64,000 nt of DNA from Planctomycetota bacterium (GTDB lineage: Bacteria; Planctomycetota; UBA1135; JACQFD01). The stretch spans positions 17,481 through 81,480 of the forward strand of contig JAEUHX010000055.1 in NCBI GenBank assembly GCA_016792805.1, in the 5' to 3' direction. The translations under genes and the position numbers were made by a program. A model generated the notes under the pieces. It worked only from the letters and a program-made list of their open reading frames with translations, searched no databases and was not told where the DNA came from. This document shows, piece after piece, positions 17,643-27,224 of the stretch; the first letter of the stretch is position 1; each line of letters opens with the position of its first letter.

Positions 17643-19250
17643 ATGTCCAACAGCCTCTCCGCAGGACTCGCAGGCCTCCGCGCCCACCAGCAGTATATCG
17701 ATGTGGTGGGTAACAATATTGCGAACGCCAACACCCCCGGCTACCGCGGCCAGCGGGCGCTCTTTTCGGAGTTGCTCGCCGCCACGATTCGGCCCGCCGG
17801 CGGTCCTGGCGCGAGCGTCGGCGGGACCAATCCAATGCAGGTCGGTCTCGGCGTCCGCATCGGAAGCATTGCCACCGATACAGGGCAAGGCGGCCTGATT
17901 TCTACGGGCCGCAGCCTCGATCTCGCCCTGGAAGGGGCCGGATTTTTTGTGCTTTCCGACGGAGTGCAGCGGTACTTCACGCGAATCGGTTCTTTTGGCT
18001 TCGACTCGAACCAGGACCTCGTGGACACGCGCACGGGTCTCCGTGTCTTGTCGCCCGGGAGCCAGCCGATTCGAATCGACGCCACACAGACGCTTCCGGC
18101 GAAGCCGACGACGAAGATCACATTTCAGGGGAACTTGCCCGCGAAGGTGACGGGCCCGAAAGCTCAAGTCCTCACGACGGCCGGCGCGTTCCTCGACTCG
18201 AGCGACGCCCCCGCCGTCGGCACGACTGATCTGAGCGACCTGAAGGACAACTCGGTCGACTATGTCGACGGCGACACCATCACGATCACGGGCACAGACT
18301 CCAACGGCTCAGCGGTGAGCGCCACATTTACTTACGGAGCGGCCAACGACGGCACCACGATGAATGACCTCGTGACGTTCATCAACTCACAATTTTCTGG
18401 AGCGACTGTCACGCTCCAAGCGGACGGAAATCTGAAGTTCACGGCCGACACGCCAGGCCCATCGAGCATCGGACTTCAGATTAAGAATGATCCGAAGACC
18501 TCCTGGGCGACGCACGCCTTCAGCACGACCACAACCGGCACAGGCCCCGACAAGGTTGACACGTCGATCGAGGTCTTCGACGCGGCGGGCATTAGCCATA
18601 ATGTCACACTTCAATTCGAGCGGCAGACGGACGGCTCCTGGAATCTCCGCGCTTCAATGCCCGAGGAAGATGGAACAATCAACGTCGCCGACATTACGAA
18701 TATTCAGTTCGGCGCGGACGGCACCTTCTCCGGTGTGTTCGGAGCCACCACCGAGCTGCAGTTCAGCTTCACCGGCCAGCCCGGCATCCAATCCGTCGTG
18801 ATTCAGCTGGGCACTCCCGGCTCCACGTCCGGCGTCACCCAATACGGCGATGAGGCGACGGCTCAGGCGAAGGCTCAGGACGGCTTCGGCTCCGGAGTGC
18901 TCACCACGATGAGCTTCAACGGGGCAGGCAAGCTCATCGGGTTCTTCTCGAACGGTGTGCAGCAGGAGCTCGCACAGATCGCCGTCGCCACGTTCGCGAA
19001 CCAGGAAGGCCTCTCGCGCCAAGGCGAGACGATGTACACAGAAACTGCGAACTCCGGCGTCGCCATCCTCGGCTCCGCGCAATCGGGCTCGGCAGGCGTC
19101 GTGCGCGCCGGCTCCTTGGAGTCGAGCAACGTCGACATCGCAAGGGAATTTGTGAATCTCATCGAAGCGCAGCGCGGCTTCCAGGCGAATGCCCGCGTGA
19201 TCTCCGCGACCGACCAGCTCCTTGCGGAGCTTGTGAACATCATTCGGTAA
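17643..19250 (+). CDS. flgE: Flagellar hook protein FlgE
   Basis: N-terminus: MSNSLSAGLAGLRAHQQYIDVVGNNIANANTPGYR. C-terminus: SNVDIAREFVNLIEAQRGFQANARVISATDQLLAELVNI. Confidence 0.95.
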   Translation: MSNSLSAGLAGLRAHQQYIDVVGNNIANANTPGYRGQRALFSELLAATIRPAGGPGASVGGTNPMQVGLGVRIGSIATDTGQGGLISTGRSLDLALEGAGFFVLSDGVQRYFTRIGSFGFDSNQDLVDTRTGLRVLSPGSQPIRIDATQTLPAKPTTKITFQGNLPAKVTGPKAQVLTTAGAFLDSSDAPAVGTTDLSDLKDNSVDYVDGDTITITGTDSNGSAVSATFTYGAANDGTTMNDLVTFINSQFSGATVTLQADGNLKFTADTPGPSSIGLQIKNDPKTSWATHAFSTTTTGTGPDKVDTSIEVFDAAGISHNVTLQFERQTDGSWNLRASMPEEDGTINVADITNIQFGADGTFSGVFGATTELQFSFTGQPGIQSVVIQLGTPGSTSGVTQYGDEATAQAKAQDGFGSGVLTTMSFNGAGKLIGFFSNGVQQELAQIAVATFANQEGLSRQGETMYTETANSGVAILGSAQSGSAGVVRAGSLESSNVDIAREFVNLIEAQRGFQANARVISATDQLLAELVNIIR

Positions 19251-19297
19251 CACTCCTCCGGCCCCGGGGCTCCCCCCGCCCCTTCTGCCGTCTGCCT

Positions 19298-19333
19298 GAA
19301 GGCCCGCGTCCCCCCGCGGGCCTTCGCTTTTGT
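19298..19333 (+). terminator. Rho-independent terminator after flgE
   Basis: A perfect 11-bp stem (gaaggcccgcg / cgcgggccttc) with a tccccc loop is followed by gcttttgt. Confidence 0.7.
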
Positions 19334-19340
19334 ATCGAGC

Positions 19341-22300
19341 CTAGCTGCCCGCGAGCAGCTCATCGAGACGGCCCGATTGACGCCCGGTTCGAAGATCCTT
19401 GTACCTCGGCGATGCGCCGAGCTCGTACCGTCGCACTTCGCGCGACGCCTCCATCTCGTGCGGCTTGCTTGCTTGCGCCCTCACCCAGGCCGAGATCGCC
19501 GCGATACTGCGGTCGCGCGCATCACCGCGCGCCAAGCCGGTGACCATCTGTAATGATAACTTTGACGGCAAGTGCACAACCTCGACGACGTGTCTCGGTG
19601 CTTCGAGCAGCCTGCCACGAGAGACTTGGCTTGCCCTGACCGTAATTTTGAACTCTTGCTCGGGCAGCGGCCCATCGACCGCGCGTTGAGGAATCACCTC
19701 GACCCGCACCACCTCGCGATCATGGGAGGAGGCACCCTCCCGCGGCTGAAGCCAAATGTGTGTCCCATGCTCGCTCTGGAGCAGCGCCTGCGCCCCAGCA
19801 CCTTCGATGGAAAGGACCGCAAGCTCCTCGGAGGAATCGCCTGAGCCCTCGCCGAGCACCGAGGCGTTCAAACCCCAACGATCCATTCGTTTCAGGATCA
19901 TTCCGGCGAGCCGCTCCACGCCCCGCACGCTTGACCCACGAAGCGCCGTTCGTCGGAGAATCACGAATGTGTCGTCGAGCGCTTCGGAATCCGCATGGGA
20001 GAGGATCTCAACGCGATCCAAGTCCTCAGAGATGGACTTCCATATTTCAGGCTCCGCTCGGCGCGGCGCGGCCGCCACTGAGCGCCTCGGCATGGCCGCG
20101 CGCTCGGAGAGACCCAACAATCGGCGCCGCACCTTTTCAGCACTGTCGAGCAGTGACTCCAGACGATGGAGCTCATCGAGCACGCGCGCACTCGAGGCTT
20201 TGTCATTCCAGAACGACGGATCTGCGGACCGCTGAACGAGCTCACTTTTGCGATCTGTGATCGCGAGAAGCCGAGGCTCCAGCGTGGCCGCGCGCGCGGC
20301 GAGATCCGCGAGCCGGCGCTCGTCGCGCGACTTCGGCGCCGCCGGAGCGGGCTCCGGAGAGGTCGATTCGAGCCGCGCCTCGATGGCTTCGCCCCGAACC
20401 AACAATCGCACGAGTGACCCCGGCTTGGCTTTGCCCGCCGCCATCACGCGCGCCAATGGGATCAGCGTCTGCTGCTCAATTGTACGCTTCAGCGCGCGCC
20501 CTCCGAAGGCCTTCGAGTAGCCAAGCCGAACGAGAAGCGCAGGAACGCTGGGATCCACTTCGACGGTCAAGTGACGGCGCTCGATGCCGCTGCGCTTCAA
20601 GACGCGCGCGAGCTCGGCGCGCGCAATTTTCTCTGCGGTCTCCTCGGCGAGCGCCCGGAAAGGCACAATTCTGTCGATGCGATTCAGGAACTCGGGGCGA
20701 AACCACTGGCCGAGTTCCCGCAGAAGGTCGTCCCGCGACGCCGGCTTTTGTGGTCCCGAGCCGAAGCCGAAGAAACTCCGATCGTCGAGGTGGCTGCCAA
20801 TGTTGGAGGTCAGCACGACGATCGTCCGCCGAAAGTCGACCGTCCGCCCGTGGCCGTCGGTGAGCCTCCCAGCGTCGAAAATCTGTAAGCAGAGATCAAA
20901 TACGCTCGCGTGCGCCTTCTCGACCTCGTCGAGAAGAACCACCGAGAACGGCTTCGCAAGCACCGGCTGCGTCAGCGTTCCGGGGCGATCACCTCGCCCA
21001 AGCAGCCGCTCGAACGAGTCGGGCGCCGCATACTCACTCATATCGAGCCGCACGAGCCGCGCGGGATCGCCGAACAGAAGCTCCGCCAGGCTCCGGGCGA
21101 GCTCCGTCTTCCCCACGCCCGTCGGACCACAGAAAAGAAGGACTCCGAGAGGCCGCCGCGGGTCGCTCAGCCCCGCCTTGGCCATCAGCACAATATCGGC
21201 AACGGCGTCGATCGCCTCGGCCTGCCCCAACACGCGCTGCTCGAGAAATGTATGAACTTGCACAGCCTCGAGCGGGACCGCATCGTCGAAGAAGTCGACC
21301 GGAATCCCGGTGGCGTCCGCCAGCGTCTCCAGCACCAAGCGCGTCGTCACGGGACCTTCGCCGGCTCCCGGCGCCGCGGCGACGCGCCGCAGCAGCCCGA
21401 GCGCCCGGCCGGGCTGTGCCTGTCCCGGCAAATGCGCCTCGGCAAGATGCAATAAATCGTCGCGTACGCCTGGACCGAACTTCACTCCGAGCTCGCGCGC
21501 GACGGCGTCGACGACGAGCCGTGTCTGCTTCTCATCGGCTTCGTGGATCAGAATGGGAGCGAACGTTGAGCGAACCCAAGGGAGCTCCAGCGCGAGTTCG
21601 TCAAAGGCCCTCGCGCCGCTTTCTGTGATCACACAAATATCGCCAGACTCGAGCACAGGACGAGCGAGCTCTGCGAATCCCTTGTTGGACCCGATCGTGC
21701 GCCCCGTCCGCATCAGCGCGGCCAAGTCTGGACTATACAGAATAATTCGGCGGTGCCGGCTCGCCGCGCTCAACAGGCGCTGCACGCGCGTCTCGAACTT
21801 CCCAAGCCACTGCGCATCCTCGAGCAGCGATGGAATCGATAGCTGAAGTATCCTCCACGGGACGCCATCTCGGACCCGCAGGTGGTGGACAAGCTCATGA
21901 ATCCGATTGGTCTTCCCAACGCCCGACTCCCCAAGGAGCACTGCCGCGTGCGGTCTCTTGCCGAAGAGCGCCTCGACGATCCGCGAGACCGATTCGTGAC
22001 CTCCGTGGGAGCGCGGCAGTGTGCCCGCTTCGGCGAGCGCCGTCAGATCCGTTCCGAATTCTTGAAGGAGCCGAGGATCGAGTGCAGTGCGCGACGTGGC
22101 CTCGAGCCACCGAGTGAGCGACGCCGTGGCAGTGATGGTCTTCTTTCGCGACGCCGCCAACGCATCGTCGACATGTGTGAGGTCGATCTGCGCCGGAACT
22201 GGGAATTGTGTACGCCCAAGAAACGTGGCGAGCGCTGCTGCGGCCGCTGATCGCAGGCCGGAATCCCAGTCATCGGACGCCATGGCTTTCAGGAGCCTCT

Positions 22301-22784
22301 CGAGCACGCCCGGCCCATCGAGCAATCCGATCTTCTGCACGAGCTCGATCGACGCCCGGTCGGGCAGATCGCCTCGATCGAGAAGCTCCAGCAGGCGCGG
22401 GAGGAAGCGCTCCTCCGCGCGAAGCGCGTGGATCGCTGCGGCCACGACGGCCTTCTCCTCGTCCCTCAGCAGTCGCTCCAACGCGTCCGAAACCCACAGA
22501 TCTTCGGCACCCAGGAGCGCTTGAGCCACCTCGAACCGAACTCTCGCGCTCGCGTCGGCGACGAGGCTGCGCAGCCCGTCTCGGATTGCAGGTTCGGCCC
22601 GCCGCGCCGCCGCGCGCACAAATACGACTCGGAGCGTCTCCTCACCGCGATCGCGCAGCTCGAAGAGAATGGCTTCGGGAGCCGGCGGCTTCTTGAGCAA
22701 AGCCACAAGCCGGTCGAGCTTCGCGCCCTCCTCCCCGCTCGCAACGGCCTCGATGAGGGCTGCAATCTCGTCCTGCACACTCAC
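19341..22784 (-). CDS. HEAT-repeat / two-ring Clp(Hsp100)-type AAA+ ATPase / degenerate RF2-like domain fusion protein
   Basis: aa 1-195 are HEAT-like repeats. D1 has ...LLGESGVGKTN with Walker B degenerated to IILYSPDL. D2 has LLFCGPTGVGKTELARSLAELLFG, VVLLDEVEKAH, GRLTDGHGRTVDFRRTIVVLTSNIGS and FRPEFLNRIDRIVPF. The C-terminal ~320 aa align with RF2 blocks (DPSFWND..., HGTHIWLQP..., KITVRASQVSRGRLLEAPRHVVEVVHLPS, RYKDLRTG) but lack SPF and GGQ. Confidence 0.85.
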   Translation of the reverse strand: MSVQDEIAALIEAVASGEEGAKLDRLVALLKKPPAPEAILFELRDRGEETLRVVFVRAAARRAEPAIRDGLRSLVADASARVRFEVAQALLGAEDLWVSDALERLLRDEEKAVVAAAIHALRAEERFLPRLLELLDRGDLPDRASIELVQKIGLLDGPGVLERLLKAMASDDWDSGLRSAAAAALATFLGRTQFPVPAQIDLTHVDDALAASRKKTITATASLTRWLEATSRTALDPRLLQEFGTDLTALAEAGTLPRSHGGHESVSRIVEALFGKRPHAAVLLGESGVGKTNRIHELVHHLRVRDGVPWRILQLSIPSLLEDAQWLGKFETRVQRLLSAASRHRRIILYSPDLAALMRTGRTIGSNKGFAELARPVLESGDICVITESGARAFDELALELPWVRSTFAPILIHEADEKQTRLVVDAVARELGVKFGPGVRDDLLHLAEAHLPGQAQPGRALGLLRRVAAAPGAGEGPVTTRLVLETLADATGIPVDFFDDAVPLEAVQVHTFLEQRVLGQAEAIDAVADIVLMAKAGLSDPRRPLGVLLFCGPTGVGKTELARSLAELLFGDPARLVRLDMSEYAAPDSFERLLGRGDRPGTLTQPVLAKPFSVVLLDEVEKAHASVFDLCLQIFDAGRLTDGHGRTVDFRRTIVVLTSNIGSHLDDRSFFGFGSGPQKPASRDDLLRELGQWFRPEFLNRIDRIVPFRALAEETAEKIARAELARVLKRSGIERRHLTVEVDPSVPALLVRLGYSKAFGGRALKRTIEQQTLIPLARVMAAGKAKPGSLVRLLVRGEAIEARLESTSPEPAPAAPKSRDERRLADLAARAATLEPRLLAITDRKSELVQRSADPSFWNDKASSARVLDELHRLESLLDSAEKVRRRLLGLSERAAMPRRSVAAAPRRAEPEIWKSISEDLDRVEILSHADSEALDDTFVILRRTALRGSSVRGVERLAGMILKRMDRWGLNASVLGEGSGDSSEELAVLSIEGAGAQALLQSEHGTHIWLQPREGASSHDREVVRVEVIPQRAVDGPLPEQEFKITVRASQVSRGRLLEAPRHVVEVVHLPSKLSLQMVTGLARGDARDRSIAAISAWVRAQASKPHEMEASREVRRYELGASPRYKDLRTGRQSGRLDELLAGS

Positions 22785-22802
22785 GCCGTCCTCGATCCTC
22801 TT

Positions 22803-23729
22803 TTATGGCTTGGAGTTTTTGTACCACTCTGTGTCTTTCCCGCGGTGGACGCCGACCTTCGCCTCGACGGCGGCGAGCCACGCGGCATCGAAGGACTTGT
22901 CTTCCCGCGCCACCGCCAGCGCGTCGTCGAGCTCGGCGATCGACGCGGCGCCCGGCACGAGCACCGTGGCATTCTTCTGCGCCCACGCATACTGGAGGCA
23001 CTCGCGAGCTGTGAGAAGCTTGTCAGTTACGAGCCGCCCTCCGCCGAAGATCTTCATCGCGACGACGGCGATGCGCTTCTCCGTCGCGAAAGGCAAGAAA
23101 TCTCGAACGAAAGAGAGATGCTGCGGGTCGGCGGGGTTGACCGGCACCAGCGCCGTCGCAAACTCATATCGCTCGCAGGCAGATCTCACATATCGAGGAT
23201 CGCGGTGGCAGGTGATTCCGATGTGCCGAACGAGCTTCTCCGATCTCGCGCGCGCCAGCCCGTCGAGCACCAAGTCTTTCGAGAAGAGCGATTCCCAATC
23301 ATCGTGCACCTCGTGGACCTGCACGCAGTCGACGTACTCAACGCCGAGCCTGCGCAGCGAAGCCTCCAGCTCACGCCGGGCGCCATCGGCTCGGCGCTCA
23401 AGCGTTTTTGTGGTGATAAATAATTCGGCGCGCACAGATCCTGCAATCGCCGCTCCGACCCTGCGCTCCGACTCGCCGCCGTTGTACGAAGGCGCCGTAT
23501 CGAAGTAGCGCATGCCATGGCGAAGCGCGTGGCGCACGACGGCAATGCCGTCGTCCTCCTTCGGGAGATTCCCGAGCGGGAAGCAGCCGAGCCCGAGGCG
23601 CGGCACGCTGCGACCGGTGGCCCCGAGCGAAATCTCACGAATCAACGGAGCCGGGCGGCTCGACTGGCGCAGCAGGAGCGACGCGGCGCCCGCCGCCGTC
23701 GCCCCCAGAAATGTGCGCCGGTCGATCAT
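22803..23729 (-). CDS. Aldo/keto reductase with a twin-arginine (Tat) signal peptide
   Basis: Trimmed to ATG 23729 (MIDRRTFLGATAAGAASLLL), which forms an ATGA overlap with the upstream aminotransferase stop. AKR body includes LGLGCFPLG and YFDTAPSYNGGESE. Confidence 0.88.
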   Translation of the reverse strand: MIDRRTFLGATAAGAASLLLRQSSRPAPLIREISLGATGRSVPRLGLGCFPLGNLPKEDDGIAVVRHALRHGMRYFDTAPSYNGGESERRVGAAIAGSVRAELFITTKTLERRADGARRELEASLRRLGVEYVDCVQVHEVHDDWESLFSKDLVLDGLARARSEKLVRHIGITCHRDPRYVRSACERYEFATALVPVNPADPQHLSFVRDFLPFATEKRIAVVAMKIFGGGRLVTDKLLTARECLQYAWAQKNATVLVPGAASIAELDDALAVAREDKSFDAAWLAAVEAKVGVHRGKDTEWYKNSKP

Positions 23730-25057
23730 CTCGAGGCTCGCGTCGCGCGCTGTTTCTTTGTCTTCGGGCGACTCGCGGACGGCTTCCCGGAGCGTGCGCC
23801 TTGAACCATCGCCTCGAGGCGGTCGAGCCCCATGGCGAGGTTCTCCATCGGCGGTCCGAAGGAGAACCGCATCCACTGCCTGTAAGGAGACTCGGCGCGT
23901 CGGCGCTTCCCGGGGTTCACATCAAAAAACTCTCCCGGCACGGTCATCACCTTGTGCTCGAGCGCTCGCCAGAAGAAGGTCATCGCATCGTTGAGCGGCG
24001 CAGGCAGATTCTTGAGGCATGCCCAGCCGTAGAAGGTGCTCGTCGGCTTCGCCGCAAATGTGATCCCCATTTTTGTGAGGCGCTCCACGAGCAGGTTGCG
24101 CTTCTTCGCAAAGACCTCTCGCAGCGCCCGCGTCTCCTGGTCCGCGCGCCGCGGCTCAAGCGCAGCCATCGCCGCGCGCTGGGAGATCCGCGAAGGGCCG
24201 CCGTCGATCGAACTCGCCGTGCGCGCCAGGCTCTCCATCATCGCACTCGGGCCGATCACCCAACCCATGCGCCAGCCCGGATACCGGAAGCTCTTCGTGA
24301 GGCCATCGATCAGCAGGATCGGATCGCGCTCGAAGTCTTCAATGAACTCGGCGCCCGACACGGGCCCCGCCCCGGGCTTGCCATCTTTTGTATAAATAAA
24401 ATGGCTATAGAACTCGTCGAGGATCAGCGTGACACGGTGCCTGCGCGAGATCTCAATGATCTCCGCCAGCGCCTTCCCGGAGATCACGTTGCCGGTCGGG
24501 TTGCAGGGATTGGAGACCACAAATGCACCGAGCCCCTTCTCCTCGACTTCCTGCTCGTATCGGGCCGGCGTCAGCAGGAATCCATCCTCCTCGCGCGTCC
24601 GAACGGGAATCGGATGCAGGCGCGAGAGGTGAAGATTGAACATATCTTCGTAGGCCGTGTAGTCGGGCAACTGGTATCCGACATTCACCGACCCGAGCGC
24701 TGCCATCACGCGCGTTAGCGCAAGGCGTCCGCCCTGGGCGACGCACACATTCGCGGCCGTCACCTGCGAGCGCTTTCCCTTCCGGAAGATTCGATTGTAA
24801 TGAGCTGCCACCGTGCCGCGCATCGCGTCGGTGCCGCCGAGCGGCCCGTAGGCGTGATCCTCAGGACGGATCTCGACGCTTGAGATGCGCGGCGGCGCGC
24901 CCGCCATCTCGCCGACCTCCGGCTGCCCTTGTCCAAGATTGCACCAATCCGGATGTCCATTATAGAAGCCGCGCTTGCTGGCTTCGTGGACCACAAAAAT
25001 AACGCCCATGAAGGGCACTTCGCGCAGGGCGCCGAGCGGAGAATCGTGTTCAGTCAC
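23726..25057 (-). CDS. Class I/II pyridoxal-phosphate-dependent aminotransferase
   Basis: Contains SNPCNPTGNV, ILDEFYSHF and LTKSFRYPGWRMGW (PLP-Lys context). The C-terminal tail is basic. Confidence 0.9.
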   Translation of the reverse strand: MTEHDSPLGALREVPFMGVIFVVHEASKRGFYNGHPDWCNLGQGQPEVGEMAGAPPRISSVEIRPEDHAYGPLGGTDAMRGTVAAHYNRIFRKGKRSQVTAANVCVAQGGRLALTRVMAALGSVNVGYQLPDYTAYEDMFNLHLSRLHPIPVRTREEDGFLLTPARYEQEVEEKGLGAFVVSNPCNPTGNVISGKALAEIIEISRRHRVTLILDEFYSHFIYTKDGKPGAGPVSGAEFIEDFERDPILLIDGLTKSFRYPGWRMGWVIGPSAMMESLARTASSIDGGPSRISQRAAMAALEPRRADQETRALREVFAKKRNLLVERLTKMGITFAAKPTSTFYGWACLKNLPAPLNDAMTFFWRALEHKVMTVPGEFFDVNPGKRRRAESPYRQWMRFSFGPPMENLAMGLDRLEAMVQGARSGKPSASRPKTKKQRATRASR

Positions 25058-25120
25058 GGGATGGGGTCGGTGGGGTCGAAGGAGCGCGCCAGGCTATCCT
25101 CGCGCGCGCGCACCGCAAGG

Positions 25121-25603
25121 TCATCCATGTCTGCCCCATGAAAACCTCCGAAGGCGCAGCTTGAGCCCCATCACGCGATGGACGACCCAAGCCAGCGCAC
25201 GGCCCATGCGGCCATTGGAAGTGGTAATGAAGTAGGTGTCGTTGAGGCTCAGCAGGATCGTCTGCTCGCGCAGATCCTCAGGCGTAAGCCACGAACCAAA
25301 ATAGAACTTCGGATCACGCCACCCGGTAGCGTTCGAGCGGGACGCGTCGAATTGTGCTTCGGTGATCGATGTGACTCTACTTATTGGGAGACGAGCAAGC
25401 AGAGTCCGGAAGACCGATTCTTGATCGATACCATGCAACGGCAAGTACCCGACGACCCACGACGCGCCGTCGCGCTTGCGGCACCTGCTGCCAATCTGCT
25501 CCTCCAGCTCACTCCAAAGCGACGAGTCCCAAAGTACGTAGGCCTCTGCTTCCGAACGGAAGCAGAGGCGCACATAGAGGCGTTCCCCGCGGTTATTTTG
25601 CAT
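25121..25603 (-). CDS. Hypothetical protein
   Basis: 160-aa protein-like ORF with no recognisable motifs. It overlaps the upstream dienelactone hydrolase stop by 11 nt. It uses more A/T-ending codons than its neighbours. Confidence 0.45.
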   Translation of the reverse strand: MQNNRGERLYVRLCFRSEAEAYVLWDSSLWSELEEQIGSRCRKRDGASWVVGYLPLHGIDQESVFRTLLARLPISRVTSITEAQFDASRSNATGWRDPKFYFGSWLTPEDLREQTILLSLNDTYFITTSNGRMGRALAWVVHRVMGLKLRLRRFSWGRHG

Positions 25604-26414
25604 TCGCTAGAAGTGACTTCCAGCGCGCCCAAGCCTCCGCGTGCGCCTTGCGGTTTTCCGCCGAGGCGTTGGCGCTCTCGCCTGATCGCAGAAAGCCATG
25701 TCCCGCGCCGGGGAAGATCATCGCTTCGAAAGTCTTCCCCGCCTTCTTCATCGCCTCCGCCGTCGGCTCGACGGCCGCCGTGATACGCCCATCGTTCTCG
25801 CCGTAGAAGCCGTAAACAGGACAAGTGATCGACGCCAGCGAAGCCGTCTCTTTCGGCGCGCTGCCATAGAACACATAGGCGGCCTCGAGCCCCTTGCGTT
25901 TTGTTGCAAACTCGAACGATTGCGCGCCGCCCCAGCAGAATCCGGCGACGCTCACTTTTCCGCTGCAAGCCGGGAGCGAGAGCGCGTGATCGGCCGCCGC
26001 GTTCAGATCGGCCGTCACCTGAGCGGCGTCAAGCTTATAGATCGCCTGAGTCGCGGCGTCGACGCGCTCGAAGGCGTCGGTGTTCCCGCCGTTGGGCCCC
26101 ATGCCCGAGAGCAGGTCAGGGGCGATTGCAATAAACCCGGCTTCCGCAACTTGATCGGCGACCGACCGCACCCAATCGGTGAGCCCCTTGTTCTCGTGGA
26201 TCAGCACGACGGCCTGGACCTTCCCTTTCGTCTCGGGGAAAACCACAAAAGAGCGCACCCTGCGCGAGCCGCTCTTCACGTCGACCCACTCGTGATGCCG
26301 CGGCGTGGAGTCGAGGCGCTCCTTCACCGGATCGGCCGTCCGCGACGCAGGCGAGGAGGCGGCTGGGCCCTGGAGCGCGAGGCACGCGAGCACTACACAG
26401 AGGATGGCAGTCAT
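25593..26414 (-). CDS. Dienelactone hydrolase family protein (secreted)
   Basis: Signal peptide MTAILCVVLACLALQGPAA. Contains VVLIHENKGLTDWV, the nucleophile elbow GFCWGG, and GAGHGF. Confidence 0.88.
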   Translation of the reverse strand: MTAILCVVLACLALQGPAASSPASRTADPVKERLDSTPRHHEWVDVKSGSRRVRSFVVFPETKGKVQAVVLIHENKGLTDWVRSVADQVAEAGFIAIAPDLLSGMGPNGGNTDAFERVDAATQAIYKLDAAQVTADLNAAADHALSLPACSGKVSVAGFCWGGAQSFEFATKRKGLEAAYVFYGSAPKETASLASITCPVYGFYGENDGRITAAVEPTAEAMKKAGKTFEAMIFPGAGHGFLRSGESANASAENRKAHAEAWARWKSLLANAK

Positions 26415-26459
26415 CGGCGCAGCGTACCCGCAATCGCCGCCGCCAGCAGCCTCCTCGGC

Positions 26460-27224
26460 TCAGCTCTCCGGAGGTGTCTGCGGCAGCTGCCGCGGCTCCA
26501 GCATGGCAATCACCGCTTGGCGCACCCGCTCCGTGTGCGCGCGCAGTCGCTCGCGGCGCGTCGACTCGTCGCCGGGCTCCGGCGGCGGGATCGGCTCGCC
26601 GAATCTCACCACATATCGACGGAAGAGCTTCGGGAAGGACGCGTTCCGCGGAAAAGCCTCAAAAGTGCCCACGATCGCCACCGGAACGACGGGGGCGCCC
26701 GACGCCTCCGCCAGCGCCGAGATGCCCGGCTGGAATTTCTGTAGCCTTCCATCGCGCGAGATCGCCCCTTCCGGATAGATACAGAGCGCCCAGCCTCGCT
26801 GGATGCGATCGACCGCGACGGCGAGCGCATCGCGGTTGCCGCGCCCTTCCTTCACCGGAATGGCCCGCATCCAATAGAAAAGCCAGCGAACGGCGATCGG
26901 ATTGTAATAGATCTCCGTCATCATCGGTGACAGATGGCGCCAGCAGGCCATCTGTAAAATCACCGGATCCATGAAGGAGCAGTGATTTGGCGCTACGATG
27001 AGCGGCCCTTTGGGGAGGTACGGCCCTTCCCGCTTCGGCCACGCCACGATCCGGAAAAGGACCTGCAGGATCGAGATCACGATCCGCCACAAGACCTCGA
27101 TCGCGGCAGACCACAATACGGCGATGAGCGGGCGCGGCGGCGGAGCGGCCGCCGCTCTTCCGATGGCCTTCGAACTCTCGGCGGCATCGAGCTCAGCGGG
27201 CATCGGCCTTCCTGCGAAGCGCAA
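26460..27224 (-). CDS. plsC: 1-acyl-sn-glycerol-3-phosphate acyltransferase family
   Basis: Contains the HxxxxD box (APNHCSFMDP) and IYPEGAISRDG. The start is uncertain; the longest ORF overlaps the xdhC-like stop by 32 nt. Confidence 0.88.
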   Translation of the reverse strand: MRFAGRPMPAELDAAESSKAIGRAAAAPPPRPLIAVLWSAAIEVLWRIVISILQVLFRIVAWPKREGPYLPKGPLIVAPNHCSFMDPVILQMACWRHLSPMMTEIYYNPIAVRWLFYWMRAIPVKEGRGNRDALAVAVDRIQRGWALCIYPEGAISRDGRLQKFQPGISALAEASGAPVVPVAIVGTFEAFPRNASFPKLFRRYVVRFGEPIPPPEPGDESTRRERLRAHTERVRQAVIAMLEPRQLPQTPPES

